A DNA stretch of 64,000 nt from Kudoa neothunni (GCA_964304625.1 OZ199838.1:5468178-5532177), one strand, 5' to 3'; counted from the stretch's first letter, positions 1-12,587 are shown. Notes: generated from the letters alone by a model not told the origin. Made by a program: numbers and translations.

Positions 1-435
1 CTCCTGAACCTTTGGATCTCTTCATTTCATTGAACTCAAAATTTAACTTTCGTTGAACTTAAGTTCCCTATTGAATAAATAACAGGTTTTCATTCACATC
101 AGGGCTCAAAAGAATTTTTATTTTTCAAAGATTATTTTTTCAATGATAAAAACAAATAATAGATTTATATTATTTTTTTATACTTTCTAAAGTAATATAG
201 ATGCCTTTATTATAATTAACCAGAGATAACCGAATATCATGACTTAGTACGTGAGAAACTTTCGAACTTAACCAACAAATATTAATTTTATTATTTTTAT
301 TATGCAAACTATAAAGGAACAATTAATTGGATGTTATTTCTTTAATTTTCTCTTGATACTTTCGCGAATAAGTATTGTTAAAATAAATTGGTAAAAAATA
401 TTCATTATGAATGTTCTTTATTCATTTTAGTTTAA

Positions 436-2718
436 CCTTCTAAGTAACATGGGGTGAAAAAAGACCCCAGATTTTTATTTGTTATTTCAATACTATATAA
501 TTCAGTAATTCCAAAAATAAAGGAAGACTTAAATTTAAGAGTAGCTTCATGTCGAAAAATGACAAATACTTAAAATCAGTCTTAGCGCGGAACCTTGTTT
601 TAGTGGCGATGGAGTATTTTTTAGCAAGTAGCGATGATAGCATCGATGAATCTGACCTCGATACATTGGATTTGGTATATACAAGAGGGTCTGATAGTGA
701 AGACGTTGAAGATGAACCCACGATTTGCGAATATGCTGATTCCCTCGCTGATAAAAATAATAATTTGTGAAGCGTCGTGAAACCGAGAAAGACAAAAGAT
801 GCAGTGTAAAACATGATAAATTTTAAACAAGATGTGACTCCATACGCCACTCAAAGAACTTCTAATATCACTGGATGTTTTCAACATTTTTTCCCCTTGG
901 AAATAATGAACAAAATCATCGAATTTACCAACCAATATGGAAATACTCATTATGGGAATAAATGGGAAAGCGTTGACGTTGATGAACTAAATGGCTTTAT
1001 TGAATGTATCTTATATATGGCTATCCATAAAGATCGACAAGAACCATTAGTTGATTTGTTTAGTTCTACTGAAGGCAGGCGAATATACAAGGATTTATTT
1101 TCTCTGCGAAGATTTAGGCAATTAACCAGAGCGATCCATTTTGATGACACAAACACAAGAGAGCAGAGAAAATTACTGGATAAATTTTGCCCCATGAGAG
1201 AGATCTGGGATATCTATGTAAATATTGCGAGCAAAAGTTATAATCCAGGGTTTGATGTGTGTCTTGATGAACAGTTGGTATCCTTTAGGGGTAACTGCTC
1301 CTTCAGGAAATATATAAAGAATAAACCTGCGAAATACGGGTTAAAATTTTTTTTACTAGTAGATCCAAAAACTTCATATGTATTAAATATGGATGCATAT
1401 ATTGGTAAAAAATGTTCGACTGATGCCAAAGTTCATGATGTTGGTAAGAGTATTGCTCTCAAATTAACTGAAAATCTAATTGGTTCAGGATGCAATTTGG
1501 TTTGCGATAATTATTTTACATCGATTCCTTTGGTTGGTGAATTGATCAAAAGAAGAATTACCATAATTGGTACAATTCGTAAAAACAAACGAGATATACC
1601 ACCATTCCTACTCCCTAATAGAAGAACCTCGGTGAATGAATCAAAATTTGTTTTCAATGGAAAGAAAATGTTGGTATCGTTCACTCCAAAGAAAAATAAG
1701 AACGCCCTCCTATTGTGTTCATCTAACCATAACACAAAAATTTCTAGAATATTTTCTCATAAGCCAGATGTTATCCTACAGTATAATGCTGCTAAAGGAG
1801 GCGTTGACACTGTGGACCGTATGTTGGCGTCGGTTTCAGTGAGACGATTCACCAGAAGATGGCCGTTAGTTGTGTTTTACAACATGATTGATATCTCACT
1901 TGTAAATGCGTTTGTAGTTTACAAGGAGATATTTAACGAACCAAATATTAAAAGAAGAGACTTATTGAAAAAAGTCGCTTTTGAATTATCGGAACCATTA
2001 AACATTAGGAAGAACAAAATTCCACAGTTAATAGAGCGAATAGGTTCCATAAATCCTCGACATTCCGTTGGAAAATATTGCAAAAAAAGATGTATCTGGT
2101 GTCGTCGAGACAAAGATAAAAAAACGACCATCACATGTGATCTATGTAAGCGTCCATGTTGCAAAGAACATGCAACTTATTCTTGCAAAGATTGTTCTTA
2201 TAGTTATTTTTAACATGAATTTTAATTAGTTTGTTCACAAGATTATATGTTAGTTTATTACAGTTGTTCAATTATTTTCTATATATCAGATAATTTTTAA
2301 ACGTAACTTATTGACTCCTAAACAATGGCATTAAAATAGAAATTATTGAATGAAATGAACGCCTGTGTAGTTTGCTGAATCACGTTTAGATTGCCAATTT
2401 TACATTATGAAAATAGAAGAATTTATTTTTGTTTCAATAAATCATTTATAGTTTATGAATTTTTTATATATTATAAGGATTTTAGGAGAATTCTACAGTC
2501 ATTTTAAATTTCGGCAATCGCGCGTTATATAGACAATATGCACATGCGCGGAAAAATTTAAAACGTGGAAATAATATGGAAAACCTACAAATTTTACAAT
2601 TGTATTTCACTTTTAGTTAGTAAATAATCTAAGGGTGTGAAATATGCAAAAAACGTTTGGGGTCTTTTTTCACCCCATTGTTACTCGGAAGGTGCCCAAT
2701 TTTGTGTTACTTAGAAGG
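436..2718 (+). mobile_element. piggyBac DNA transposon (full length)
   Basis: TTAA at 432-435 and 2719-2722; perfect 14-bp TIR CCTTCTAAGTAACA/TGTTACTTAGAAGG; inverted subterminal repeat TGGGGTGAAAAAAGACCCCA at both ends; encloses a transposase. Confidence 0.96.
813..2213 (+). CDS. piggyBac (PGBD4-like) transposase, intact catalytic core and C-terminal Cys-rich domain
   Basis: 466-aa ORF with LDEQLVSFRG, KPAKYGLK, CDNYFTS, GGVDTVD, RRWP and a C-terminal CxxC...CxxC...CKEH...CxxC. The acidic N-terminal part (549-770) is in the same frame but cut off by TGA 768-770 and TAA 807-809. Confidence 0.93.
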   Translation: MINFKQDVTPYATQRTSNITGCFQHFFPLEIMNKIIEFTNQYGNTHYGNKWESVDVDELNGFIECILYMAIHKDRQEPLVDLFSSTEGRRIYKDLFSLRRFRQLTRAIHFDDTNTREQRKLLDKFCPMREIWDIYVNIASKSYNPGFDVCLDEQLVSFRGNCSFRKYIKNKPAKYGLKFFLLVDPKTSYVLNMDAYIGKKCSTDAKVHDVGKSIALKLTENLIGSGCNLVCDNYFTSIPLVGELIKRRITIIGTIRKNKRDIPPFLLPNRRTSVNESKFVFNGKKMLVSFTPKKNKNALLLCSSNHNTKISRIFSHKPDVILQYNAAKGGVDTVDRMLASVSVRRFTRRWPLVVFYNMIDISLVNAFVVYKEIFNEPNIKRRDLLKKVAFELSEPLNIRKNKIPQLIERIGSINPRHSVGKYCKKRCIWCRRDKDKKTTITCDLCKRPCCKEHATYSCKDCSYSYF

Positions 2719-3150
2719 TTAAATAAGTAGAACCCCAATATGAGAATTTTCTATTTTATTGCACATACGTCAATTTCGTATCTAATTCATACTTTGGATA
2801 TTCTTCATTTAAGTGCTAAAGTGATTTCAAAAAATGTTAAATAGCATAAATAATTAATAAAGTTGAAAAATGTGTTTATATTGCATGGATCTAAACTTAT
2901 TATGGTAAAAGAATTTTAATTTAATATTTTAGAATACAATGAGCGGAATAACATTATTAATTAAAAGAAAATATGCCTAAAATTTTAAAAATGTCGGTAA
3001 AATTGAAATATTTTGGAGAATATGATAAAACCCGATAAACTTTGTTGTATTTTACTAAACGAATAAAGATTAACTTGTGATTTACGTGGTTTAAACTTTT
3101 GTTGCCTATCTTGCTAGCCAGTAACTATTTAAACCCGGGTCTGATTTTAA

Positions 3151-5592
3151 CCCTCTAAAGATACAAAAAACTACCCTCCAATTACATTGGAGTCAATATG
3201 ACCCCAGATTTTTATTTGATAATTTTAATTAATAAATTTTTGAAATTTTTCTACCGGCAAATTTTCGAATAAAACGATAATAAATGGGGAAATTAATCTA
3301 CTTTAATCTCGTTAGAAACATCGCGCATCTGGTTGCCTACTGTCGTTAGATTAACATCCTCAAGAATGTCCACTTTTAGGATAAAAAATGCATATCTATA
3401 ATTTATATAAGAAAAATACACTCTATAATTATATTCAAAAGAGAATTTATGTAATGATTAATTCAAGCGATTACAACATTTGTTGGATGAATGTACTTGA
3501 CAGTATGGTCTATTACAATTTGAACAACGAAGGAACGTTTTTTTATAATTTTCACGAGGGAAATAGCTACATCGTGCTCTTTGGTTTTTTGTTTGGGAAA
3601 AATTTGTAATTGACTCGGACGGAGAAAGACGATTTTCTTTTGACAATTTTGTTATTATTCAAATTTCGCTCGATAAATTGTTGGTAGAGAGCTTCAATGA
3701 TTTCATTTATAAAGATACAACGAGTTTTATTACGGCTATTAAAAATATTCTTGTATAATGCAAATGCATTAATCAAGGATAGGTCAAGAATATTGAAAAA
3801 AACTATCATTGGCCATCTGTGGTTGAATGTGTGAACAGAAACCGAGGCAAGCATTCGGTCAATGGTGTCGATTTCCCCTTTCGCTTTATTGTAGCAATTG
3901 ATAGCTTGGGGATTTTTGTTGTGTGATGTATCAAGGATATTAACATTGGTGGTTCCTGTTGAGATTAGAATGACAGCTTTATTTTTTTGTTGACATACGA
4001 CGTTAGCATATTTTTCTCAAAAAAGGCAACAGTTGTACTATATAATTCGCTTTTTTTGAAGCAAGAGCACATGTTGTAAGTTCCCTTTTTGTTGTGTCGA
4101 ATAATACCCAAGTGTGTCAATTTTTTTGTAATAGCTTTGATGAAGTGGAAAAGAAAAAAAAGTCATCAGCTACAATATTTCTTCCTGAATGATATACAGG
4201 TTCAGAGAGTGATAGGACAATACCTTCAGCAACATTTAGGTTTCGTTCGTTATTCCCGTTTTTACCCAGAGACATGGAGATATTTAAAACATACTTTCCA
4301 ATTTGGTCAACAAGTAAAAAAACTTTAGGCCATACTTAGCTGGTGTCAAAGGTATATATTGCCTAAAGGGACCTCTTCCCTTGAATGCAATCAACTTCTC
4401 GTCAATTGTGACGTCTTGATTTGGGTGGAGACATTTTGGTAATTCTCTTGCCCACATCTTCTAAACTTCACGTATTGGACAAAATTTATCCGCGGTTCCT
4501 CTTTCTGACCTAGGTTTTACGTCATCGAAATGAAGAGATCTGTTAAAATTTTGTCCTCGAAAAAATTTGTCTTTAAATTTCTCTACCTTCAGACACATCG
4601 AACAATTCTGCGATGGGCTCCTCCCGATCTTTATGAACAGACATAAGGATAAGAATACCTAAATATCCATCAAATTCTGTTGAGTCGATGTCAGTCTAAT
4701 TTTCTTTAAAATAACTACGCCCACGAATGTTTGTACATTCAATAATTCTTTCACGAACACTCGTAATAAACATTATGGAAAGACAATCAGAAATATTACG
4801 AACTCTCTTTAAACAATAAGCCGTCGGAGGGGGATGCGAGTTCATTATATTTTAAGCTGACGTTTTAGAAACGCCAGGTTTGGTTAGGCTCCAGGTGATT
4901 CCACTTTTACTAATTATGAAGTTATCGGTTTCAACAATCTCTAAAATTTCATCTGACTATTCAGAAATTTCAGACAAAATGTCTTGAAACTCACTTCCTG
5001 ACGATTCGTGTTCACCACTTGACATCTCAACACCACTCATAGTCCCGCGACAAAACTTCGCACAATAATCAGGTTGCTCGTGTATTACTGTAATATAATG
5101 TTGAATAAAATAAGGTAATTGCTTTATCATATGATTTAATATAGTTAAAATATAATGCGAAAAATATTATTTTCATATTAACTCTTAAAATAAACATAAT
5201 GCCATTTTGTTAATTCAACGATCATGAGCGAAACGAAGATGCAATAAACTGATGAAGATTAAATGAGATTAATTAATGTATTTAATATCGTTTTACTCGA
5301 AATTCAATCATTAGAATTTTTTTAATACATTATTATCGTGATTTTAAAAATTTATTAATCTAATTGATCAAATAAAAATCTGGGGTCATATCGACCTCAA
5401 TGTAATTGGATTGGAGAATAGTATTTTTATTAAATTTTACAGTCATTATTTTTTTATTATTTTTCGTTGAAATTACCACTACAAAAATATAGGATAATAG
5501 ATGGAATCTTGTGGCATAAGGAAGAGTCCTAACAAAGTTACTGAGGGATTAATTAGGTTTTGGGTCATACTGACCCCAATGTCTTTAGAGGG
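3151..5592 (-). mobile_element. piggyBac transposon, decayed
   Basis: TTAA at 3147-3150 and 5593-5596; TIR CCCTCTAAAGA; inverted subterminal GACCCCAGATTTTTATTTGAT repeats. Confidence 0.93.
3458..5040 (-). pseudogene. piggyBac transposase pseudogene
   Basis: Minus-strand fragments homologous to the 813-2213 protein (MLASVSVHTFNHRWP, KYGLK, HKDREEPIAELF, C-terminal CSNCNRPYCQVH), with several stops and frameshifts. Confidence 0.9.
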
Positions 5593-7599
5593 TTAATGAA
5601 ATTCAAATCTTTCGGAGCCATTAGAAGTAAAAGTTAAATTTTGCGGTTTGTTATCATATTTATATTTTGTCTATAATTTTTTATTAATAACTAGCGCTAA
5701 TGCCCAGCTTTGCCTGGCACTATGTGATGGAAAATTGTAACTTTTAGTTTTATTTTTGAATAGAGAAATTCTACTTAAGATTTAATTTAAATAGCAAATC
5801 AAAGACTGTAAATTTTATTTTTATATTCTAATTGTTGCATTTTAAAGTTTGTCATTACTTTTGCAATGCGATGATTTAGTTAAACAAAATTGTACGCACT
5901 TTCCACTCAAATATAAATAGAGATATTGAGAGAAATTAATGAGCATTTTTAAGTTTATTTTACAAATTATGACCGAAAATATAATGATCTTAATTGTATG
6001 AGAAATTTAATTAACAATTAAAGTTCATTTATTTATTAAACAAAATCGTTAAGTAACTTAAATAGGACTTTCAGTTCTTTTCAAAATCTTATGATGAAAA
6101 TTAATCCTTCTAGTTATAAAATTTATTATTAGTCTACAAACGATAAAAAAACAACAATATCAACCTAAAATGCGTCAGAAATAAAAATATTAATTGTTAC
6201 TCCTTTTTGCAATTTTATAAAGGATGTTCATGAGGTTTTAATAATCTGAGTGGTGACTTACGTATCCACTATTTTAACATAATTTCCCGATTTTTAAATA
6301 AATAAAACCTTTCTTTTTAACAAAAATACTTACTGGTTCTAAAATATACAAATTTAAGTGTCAAAATACGATTAACTCTAAACTATAAAGATGTTTTTGG
6401 TTTGAAAAATTACAGTAATGCTCAAATATTTAAATATCAACTGGTTTTCTAGAAGGAATGTACCCTTTTAAAAATAAACGTACTGTTTGATTGCCCTAAA
6501 AAATTTCTTTGTATTGAACTATTCTTAGATTTATAAAACTTTGCGAAAATATCGGCCAGATCGAATAAACCAATAATTTCTTATTAACTTACATGACACG
6601 TATTGGGAGGGGACTGTATTTTATGCATAGGTAATCATGAATATAAATTCTTAAACTAAGTATAGAATGAGGTGTCGCATATTTTCTTGTAGCTTTTATG
6701 TCATAATGAATTAGTTTTAGCGAAAAGGAAATTATATATTGATTTGAATATTAACCTTAAGGTGTGACTGAGGATAAGGAATAATTAGGTTACTAAGAAC
6801 TTAAACATTATTTAAAAAATTATCTCTTCAAATATAGAAACTTATCGAATTAGTTACGACAGTTGTTTTGCAACAAAGTTTAGGAATACCAAAAAATGAG
6901 TAAAAACTAATCGAAAACACGAATAGTTTCAATCTCAATCGATATATTTGCTAAAAGAAAATTTTCATTTAAGAAGTTATCACAAAAATTTAATTATTTC
7001 AAAAGTCTATACACATCTTACATCGTTTTTAGAATGTGTATAGGGACCTAAATTATTCCAACGCAGCAACAACTTTACTCTCAAATTATGTGTTATATTT
7101 AAAATAATCATAATCTCTTCCGCTTAACTATATCCATCACGCTTGAGAAGTTAAAATACATCCTAAATAATTTGGTTATGCTTAAAAGTTTAAGGGAAAT
7201 GCTACATCACTTGTAAATATGGCTCTAGTAGCATTATCTGTCTTAGAATTACTCCAAACAGGCATATGTAATATTTCTAAAACATTATACATAATAATTT
7301 GCAGATTCTCTTTGTATGCAGTGGGTAAAAGTTCATTCTATTTGACTATTACTCTGAAGTAAACTCAAATTAAAGACTATACAGGTACTTTGTAATCTGC
7401 CATTCGAGTAAACAACCAGAAAATTCCTTACTTCTGACTGGCAATATTGACTATATTTATACTTCTAAGTAAATGAACGATTTTTATTAATGGTATCATC
7501 TATTAAAATGCAAACTAAAATCTGCATTTAAAAAATGTTTATCCATGGCACATGCGAACTGCTGTAAACACATACACACTGACAGACAAGAACTTTATA

Positions 7600-8897
7600 C
7601 GGAGTGGGTGACGGCTCGTGCGCACAAACACTCGTGGGCACCTGACGTGATTTAATGACTTACACAATACTGTTACCAATTAGAATGAATCAAATAAAAG
7701 CATAACAATTATAATAAATTATTAAAACCTTAGTTTTTGTTTTTAATTCACTGAAAATGAGAATTAGTTCAAATTTACAACTCGTGGACACTTGAAGAGA
7801 ACCAATCAATTTCGTTCTTTGAAAGATAATGTGAATATAATTTCATATTATGAAAGAATATCGAATGGGAAAAACAGAAAAACTAAAATTATCAATTATT
7901 TTAACTTAAAATCCCTATCCTCTTTGAATAAAATTTTGAGTAATAAAGAATCCACTATGAAGTCTCATATTGGAATAAAAATTACAAATAACCATAAAAC
8001 ATTTAAAAAACTTACTATTTCTATGAATGATGCTCTAATTTATTTGAGAAAAATGTACAAATTTTTCAATAAACGAAATTATCAAAAGTTTTCTATGGTC
8101 ATAGATCTAGAAATGACGATTTACGATTCGGGAATGTCAGAGTTTTGCCAGTAAAATATTAGTAACTTTTTCCGAGCAAAATCCAACTAATATGTATGAT
8201 AAAAACTTTTATTTATATTTTATTGAGTATATTAATTAATTTTATGAAATTTATGCATATCAATATATATATTAAATTTATGTTGATGACTAACTCTTAC
8301 TATTACTTCTCTTGAGTACAGAAAATAATTTATTTTTTACGCGACACTTTCTTAAGATATAATAATTCATTAAGAAAGTTTTCTGTGTTTTCATTTAAAA
8401 TCGTCCAAACCTTATGATTAAAATATAAAATAATTTTGATTGTAATAAAATTGGATGTGTGAATCGCGTTTATTTTTATTTTTTAATTTTTGTTGACAGA
8501 AATCATTAGTGTTATCATCACGTTGATTAAATGGTTTGTTTCTACAAATTAATGTCAAGGATCGACTAGATTAATCGCATTTAACCTTTACATCATTGTT
8601 ATAAAAAATTTGTTTCTATTAATACATTTTTGAACATAAATTCAAACATAGTGTGGCGCATCCAGATAAATAGAGTAGCGCCTAACTTCAAGTGCGCTAT
8701 GGCCCATAGTCTAAGTGGTAAGGCCCCGCCGTTTTAAGCTCGAGGATCACGGGTTCGATCCTCATCCGCTACAATAGCGATAAATAAGAGAGACTAAATT
8801 TCAAGATCACACATCAAAATTTTGTTTTTCTCGCATGAGTCATGACGGCTCTTCGAACCCATTTCCCATGTTAGTGCCCACGACCCGTCACCTACTG
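7600..8897. mobile_element. Non-autonomous TIR element (TA target, probably Tc1/mariner superfamily) inserted in the Helitron terminus
   Basis: Imperfect TIRs CGGAGTGGGTGACGGCTCGTGCGCAC / GTGCCCACGACCCGTCACCTACTG flanked by TA; the right part is repeated at 45512-46004. Confidence 0.75.
8652..8773 (+). mobile_element. Solo LTR (122 bp) containing a tRNA-like sequence
   Basis: TGTGGCG...CGCTACA termini, ATAG 4-bp TSD, absent from the paralogous copy (AAAC-ATAG-TGATAAAT at ~45870); internal A box TAGTCTAAGTGG and B box GGTTCGATCC. Confidence 0.8.
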
Positions 8898-9061
8898 TAT
8901 ATTGTGTATAGTAGGTGAATTAATATTAAATTCATGCGTTTTATTCGGAATAACTGCATGATTCTATGACTTTCAAAGTATCCAATAACTTTATGAGCAA
9001 AATTTAATAAAGCAATAAGTAAAGTCAAAATGTTTCAAAAGTCGCACTTTAATTTCTGAGT

Positions 9062-9098
9062 CACATGCGGCTCACGAGCCGCGGTTTGGTCACCCCTG
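9062..9098 (-). repeat. hAT-like transposon terminus (orphan)
   Basis: Reverse complement is CAGGGGTGACCAAACCGCGGCTCGTGAGCCGCATGTG, a typical hAT/MITE end with an internal palindrome; partner end not found. Confidence 0.5.
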
Positions 9099-10038
9099 TA
9101 ATAGGCTGTCGTTCAATATCGTAAATGTTTCAACCCTGCATGGTATAATCTGATTAGGATACGTAATAAATAATATAAATATTAATGCCCCATATATATG
9201 AAATTTTGTGTTATTATTCAATGTTTGCAGGTTCTCATAAAAAAACTCCAACAACCCAATGTTATCACAAAAACCCAAGCCCTCACAGCCCCGTTAAAGA
9301 TTCTCATTACGCACAAAGCCTACAAAGTGTATTTTCAGGTACAATTTCCATTGCGTAGAATCGCTGCATTACGTACGAGCCATATTTTTTATTTACTTTT
9401 TTTACATTTAACGATATTTTTTTTATTTTTATGCTTGACAGTTAAAAGTATATTCCTTAATATAAGTAAGAATTAAAAAATTAACATTTAGTTTAGTGTA
9501 AAAAAAGTGGCGATTAAGTACGAGCCCTGTGGTACTGTGCAATGTAGCTTATAAACCGATGCAATATTCAAAACAAACATATTACTAGGTTAATTATAAA
9601 TATTTCTGTAAAAACTTAAGTTATGCATTCAGTTCTTGTATAAATATGTGCTATATTTGAATATAAGCCTGTATGTATATTAAACCAACGTTAATTACCG
9701 ATTAATCCAAAAAGTGGATTACTCCTTTGTAGACGTGTTCTTCTTCCAAAATTATGTACTGCTTTTCGTTAAGTCTCCATATTATTAGTTTATAGATATG
9801 GAGATATTTTTTACTTTAAGTTGCAGAAGTAAAAATATTTTACTTAGTAATTGGTAAAAATTGTTTATAAATCAAATAACCAGACCTTAAAGTAGAAAAT
9901 TTCAAAAATTCTCGCGCATTAGACATTGCTTGCGTTCGATTCCCCGGATAATCAAGGTTAGACTGTATTTATTTCTAATGTATCTCCAAGATCCTAGAAA
10001 TTGGAAATAATTCATCATATTGTAGACTATAAAAAGTA

Positions 10039-10980
10039 CAGTAACCAATTTCACGCAAATTTTAAAACCATATATAATGAGAATATTGATTGGTCATTGT
10101 TTATATAATATGTTTTTTATAATATTTCAAACAAAATTTTTATAAAAATTATTTCAAAAAGCTGCCAATTAGTGTAACTAAAAGTTCACGTGATTGACCA
10201 ATTCATGCACTTTGTTCGGGTACTTCTTGTTGATTATTTAGTTAAGTCAATATTTAATGTCAATAAACTCCCAAACTATATCTATTGCAGAAGAATACGT
10301 TATTACTAATTATTATGAAAATCGTCAATCTTATCACCGAAAAACTGCCACTGTATCACGTTTTAAAATATCTATTATCTCGACTTTTCTTGGCATCTTA
10401 GAGATGAAAAATAAAATAATCAAGACCTACGAATGCTATTAGAATCTAAAAATAGAAATTATTTGCATGCAGGACAATTTAATTCTGTTTATGAAGATGT
10501 ATATGAATGGATTGAATGGACACGAAGCAAAAAGATTGTAGTGAGCGTCGTCACGATAATCATCAAGAGAAATTAATTTGCCATAGAATAGGGTTTACGC
10601 TCGTGTGCAATTCGTGGAGAGTTTCGTTGTTTTAAAAAAAGGTCCAACATTAAAAAATCAAATTTTATTAACTAATCTGCTGATGCTACGTCTGAAACTT
10701 TTTCAGAGTGGATCAATCAAATCAGAATATTTTTCAAAAGATACTCTGAAAATTTTATTTACAGTGTAGACGAAACTGTCTTATTCTACCAATAGTAACA
10801 ATGAGGGTATTTCAAAAATTTCTAAAAAACAGTATTTCGCGGTTAATTTTTCATGAGTTTTAAATATCTTTTAAAAATGAATATATAGTTAACCGACCCT
10901 TTTAAAAGCAATTTAATCATAATTAAATGTCAATTTTTTCGAAAACACACGCGTACGCAAGTGCGTGAAATTGGTTTCTC
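10039..10980 (+). mobile_element. Decayed pogo/Tigger-like element
   Basis: TA-CAGTAACCAATTTCACGCA and inverted TGCGTGAAATTGGTT at ~10962; degraded CENP-B-HTH-like (EDVYEWIEWTRSK) and VDETVLFY-like remnants. Confidence 0.6.
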
Positions 10981-11689
10981 ATTGTGTCTGTGTGAATCAC
11001 AGTTAGATTGAAGTAACTAAAGATAAAATGATGAACACACAGGTGTACAGCTTAATAAAGATTAAATTCGTTTGTAACAATAACAACAGCCATTACGAAA
11101 CAATTTAGATCACAACTTATTCTGATGGAAATCGTTAACTACATTGATTTCTCTCGCATTCTATAATAATCCTAAATTTGAGTATTCATAATTAACGTCC
11201 AATCACTATAAATGCAGAGGTTGGAAGTATAACTAGGTGGGTTAGATTTTGACCAATAGGAATCATCATTGTGATGGATGCGAATATCCCCAAAATGTAT
11301 TAATTTCAGTAGATCAAAAAACCCCAACAATAACAGTATGATACTAAAATCGATTTTACATTAATAAAAATCATTAAACATTAAAAAGGTACGCCACACA
11401 CCGGTCGCGTGGGACAGACAAGGGTTAAAAATCAGATTGTAAGAAAACGCAACAATAAAAGTGTAATTAAAAGTATTGGAGAATTAGTTAATTCAGAATA
11501 AATCTAAGTCATAACTTTTTAAAGAAAAAAATCCAATATAACAACAATGGTGCTGAGTTGGCAGAGCACACTGAACATGCCAACAAACTCGAAAACAAAC
11601 GAGCCAATAACAAAATTACAATAAAAAAGTATGTGAAAATATTTCATCATTAACGATCTATTATAACCACGTAGCAGCACCGACGATAA

Positions 11690-12587
11690 TCAAATATACT
11701 GAGATAACCATCTAAAGGCTGGAGAAAATCACTAAAGCAATACCACAATCTAGAAGTTACCGCTGCCATATCCTTGTCTTTTGAGAATCGAGCACATAAA
11801 TAGTTCAATTGGTCTAGAGTTGAGTTGATGTTTTGGTATGTTTCCCTAGAGCACATCAAAACAGCTATCACAACAACACTTACTTTTCCAGTGCAACGAC
11901 CATACAAACCGAGTTCTCTCAAAGTGATATCTTCACTTAGGGCGGTTGGAACATCGATTTTATTAGCCAATATGAGAACAGGGCATTCGCTCAGTTGTTC
12001 GTCATTGAGAATGTTCTATTTATGTTTAATAGAGATACCCAACAATCAATCGACCGCCTCATTGCAATTAATCAAAATATCGCAAAAAACATACCATAAG
12101 TTCGTTAGCAGCTTCTCGAATTCTTTCAGTATCCGATACATCCACTATGAAAACTATACCATCAACAGCAGGGAAATAATCTTTCCATATCCGACGAGCT
12201 ATGCACACACACACACACAAGTTATTGCAATGATTAGCATAACAAATTCAAATAAATACCAACAGCGTGACCACCAAGATCATATGTGGTAAAATTGATA
12301 CTTCCTATCGATAGATTTTCGCTTGCTAAGCAATTCCACTTTATTTATACTTCATTTATACAAGTAGATCACTTACTTGGATGGAGAGTGGGTACATGTT
12401 GAGCTATACGATTTGACTTTAACATGTGTAACAATGTAGTCTTTCCAGCATTGTCAAGTCCAAGAAATACCAATTTGCCACTTTTAGACAACAGACCTAC
12501 CAGAAATCATACACACTCTATCCTGGCAATATTAACGTGTATACCTATCGATGCTAGTGTATCTTGGATCCAATTCCAAACAAACAT
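11690..12587 (-). CDS. SAR1: Small GTPase SAR1 (COPII), multi-exon
   Basis: Spliced translation [47 protein letters not shown]...ILANKID...[27 protein letters not shown]; short GT-AG introns. Confidence 0.95.

Larger units (their letters stand above)
5691..8915 (-). mobile_element. Non-autonomous Helitron-like element, family A copy 1 (with nested insertions)
   Basis: CTAG terminus next to the hairpin TGCCCAG..CTGGCA at 5691-5720; (CA)n/GACA tract and CTTTATA..TATAGTAG at the other end; a ~1.9-kb second copy at 41773-43690. Confidence 0.75.

Noticed and set aside
549-813. Alternative genetic code (TGA=Trp, TAA=Gln) to explain in-frame stops
   Set aside because: Host genes end at TAA or TGA at the expected C-termini (CCT8, DPH5, TTC7, SAR1) and use TGG for Trp. 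The TE copies also carry frameshifts.
7792-8154. 120-aa K/N/I-rich ORF in the TIR element
   Set aside because: Low-complexity AT-driven composition, TTG start and no transposase motifs.
8700-8773. Functional tRNA-Lys gene
   Set aside because: The acceptor and anticodon stems pair poorly, there is no T-run terminator, and the sequence lies inside a TSD-flanked insert.
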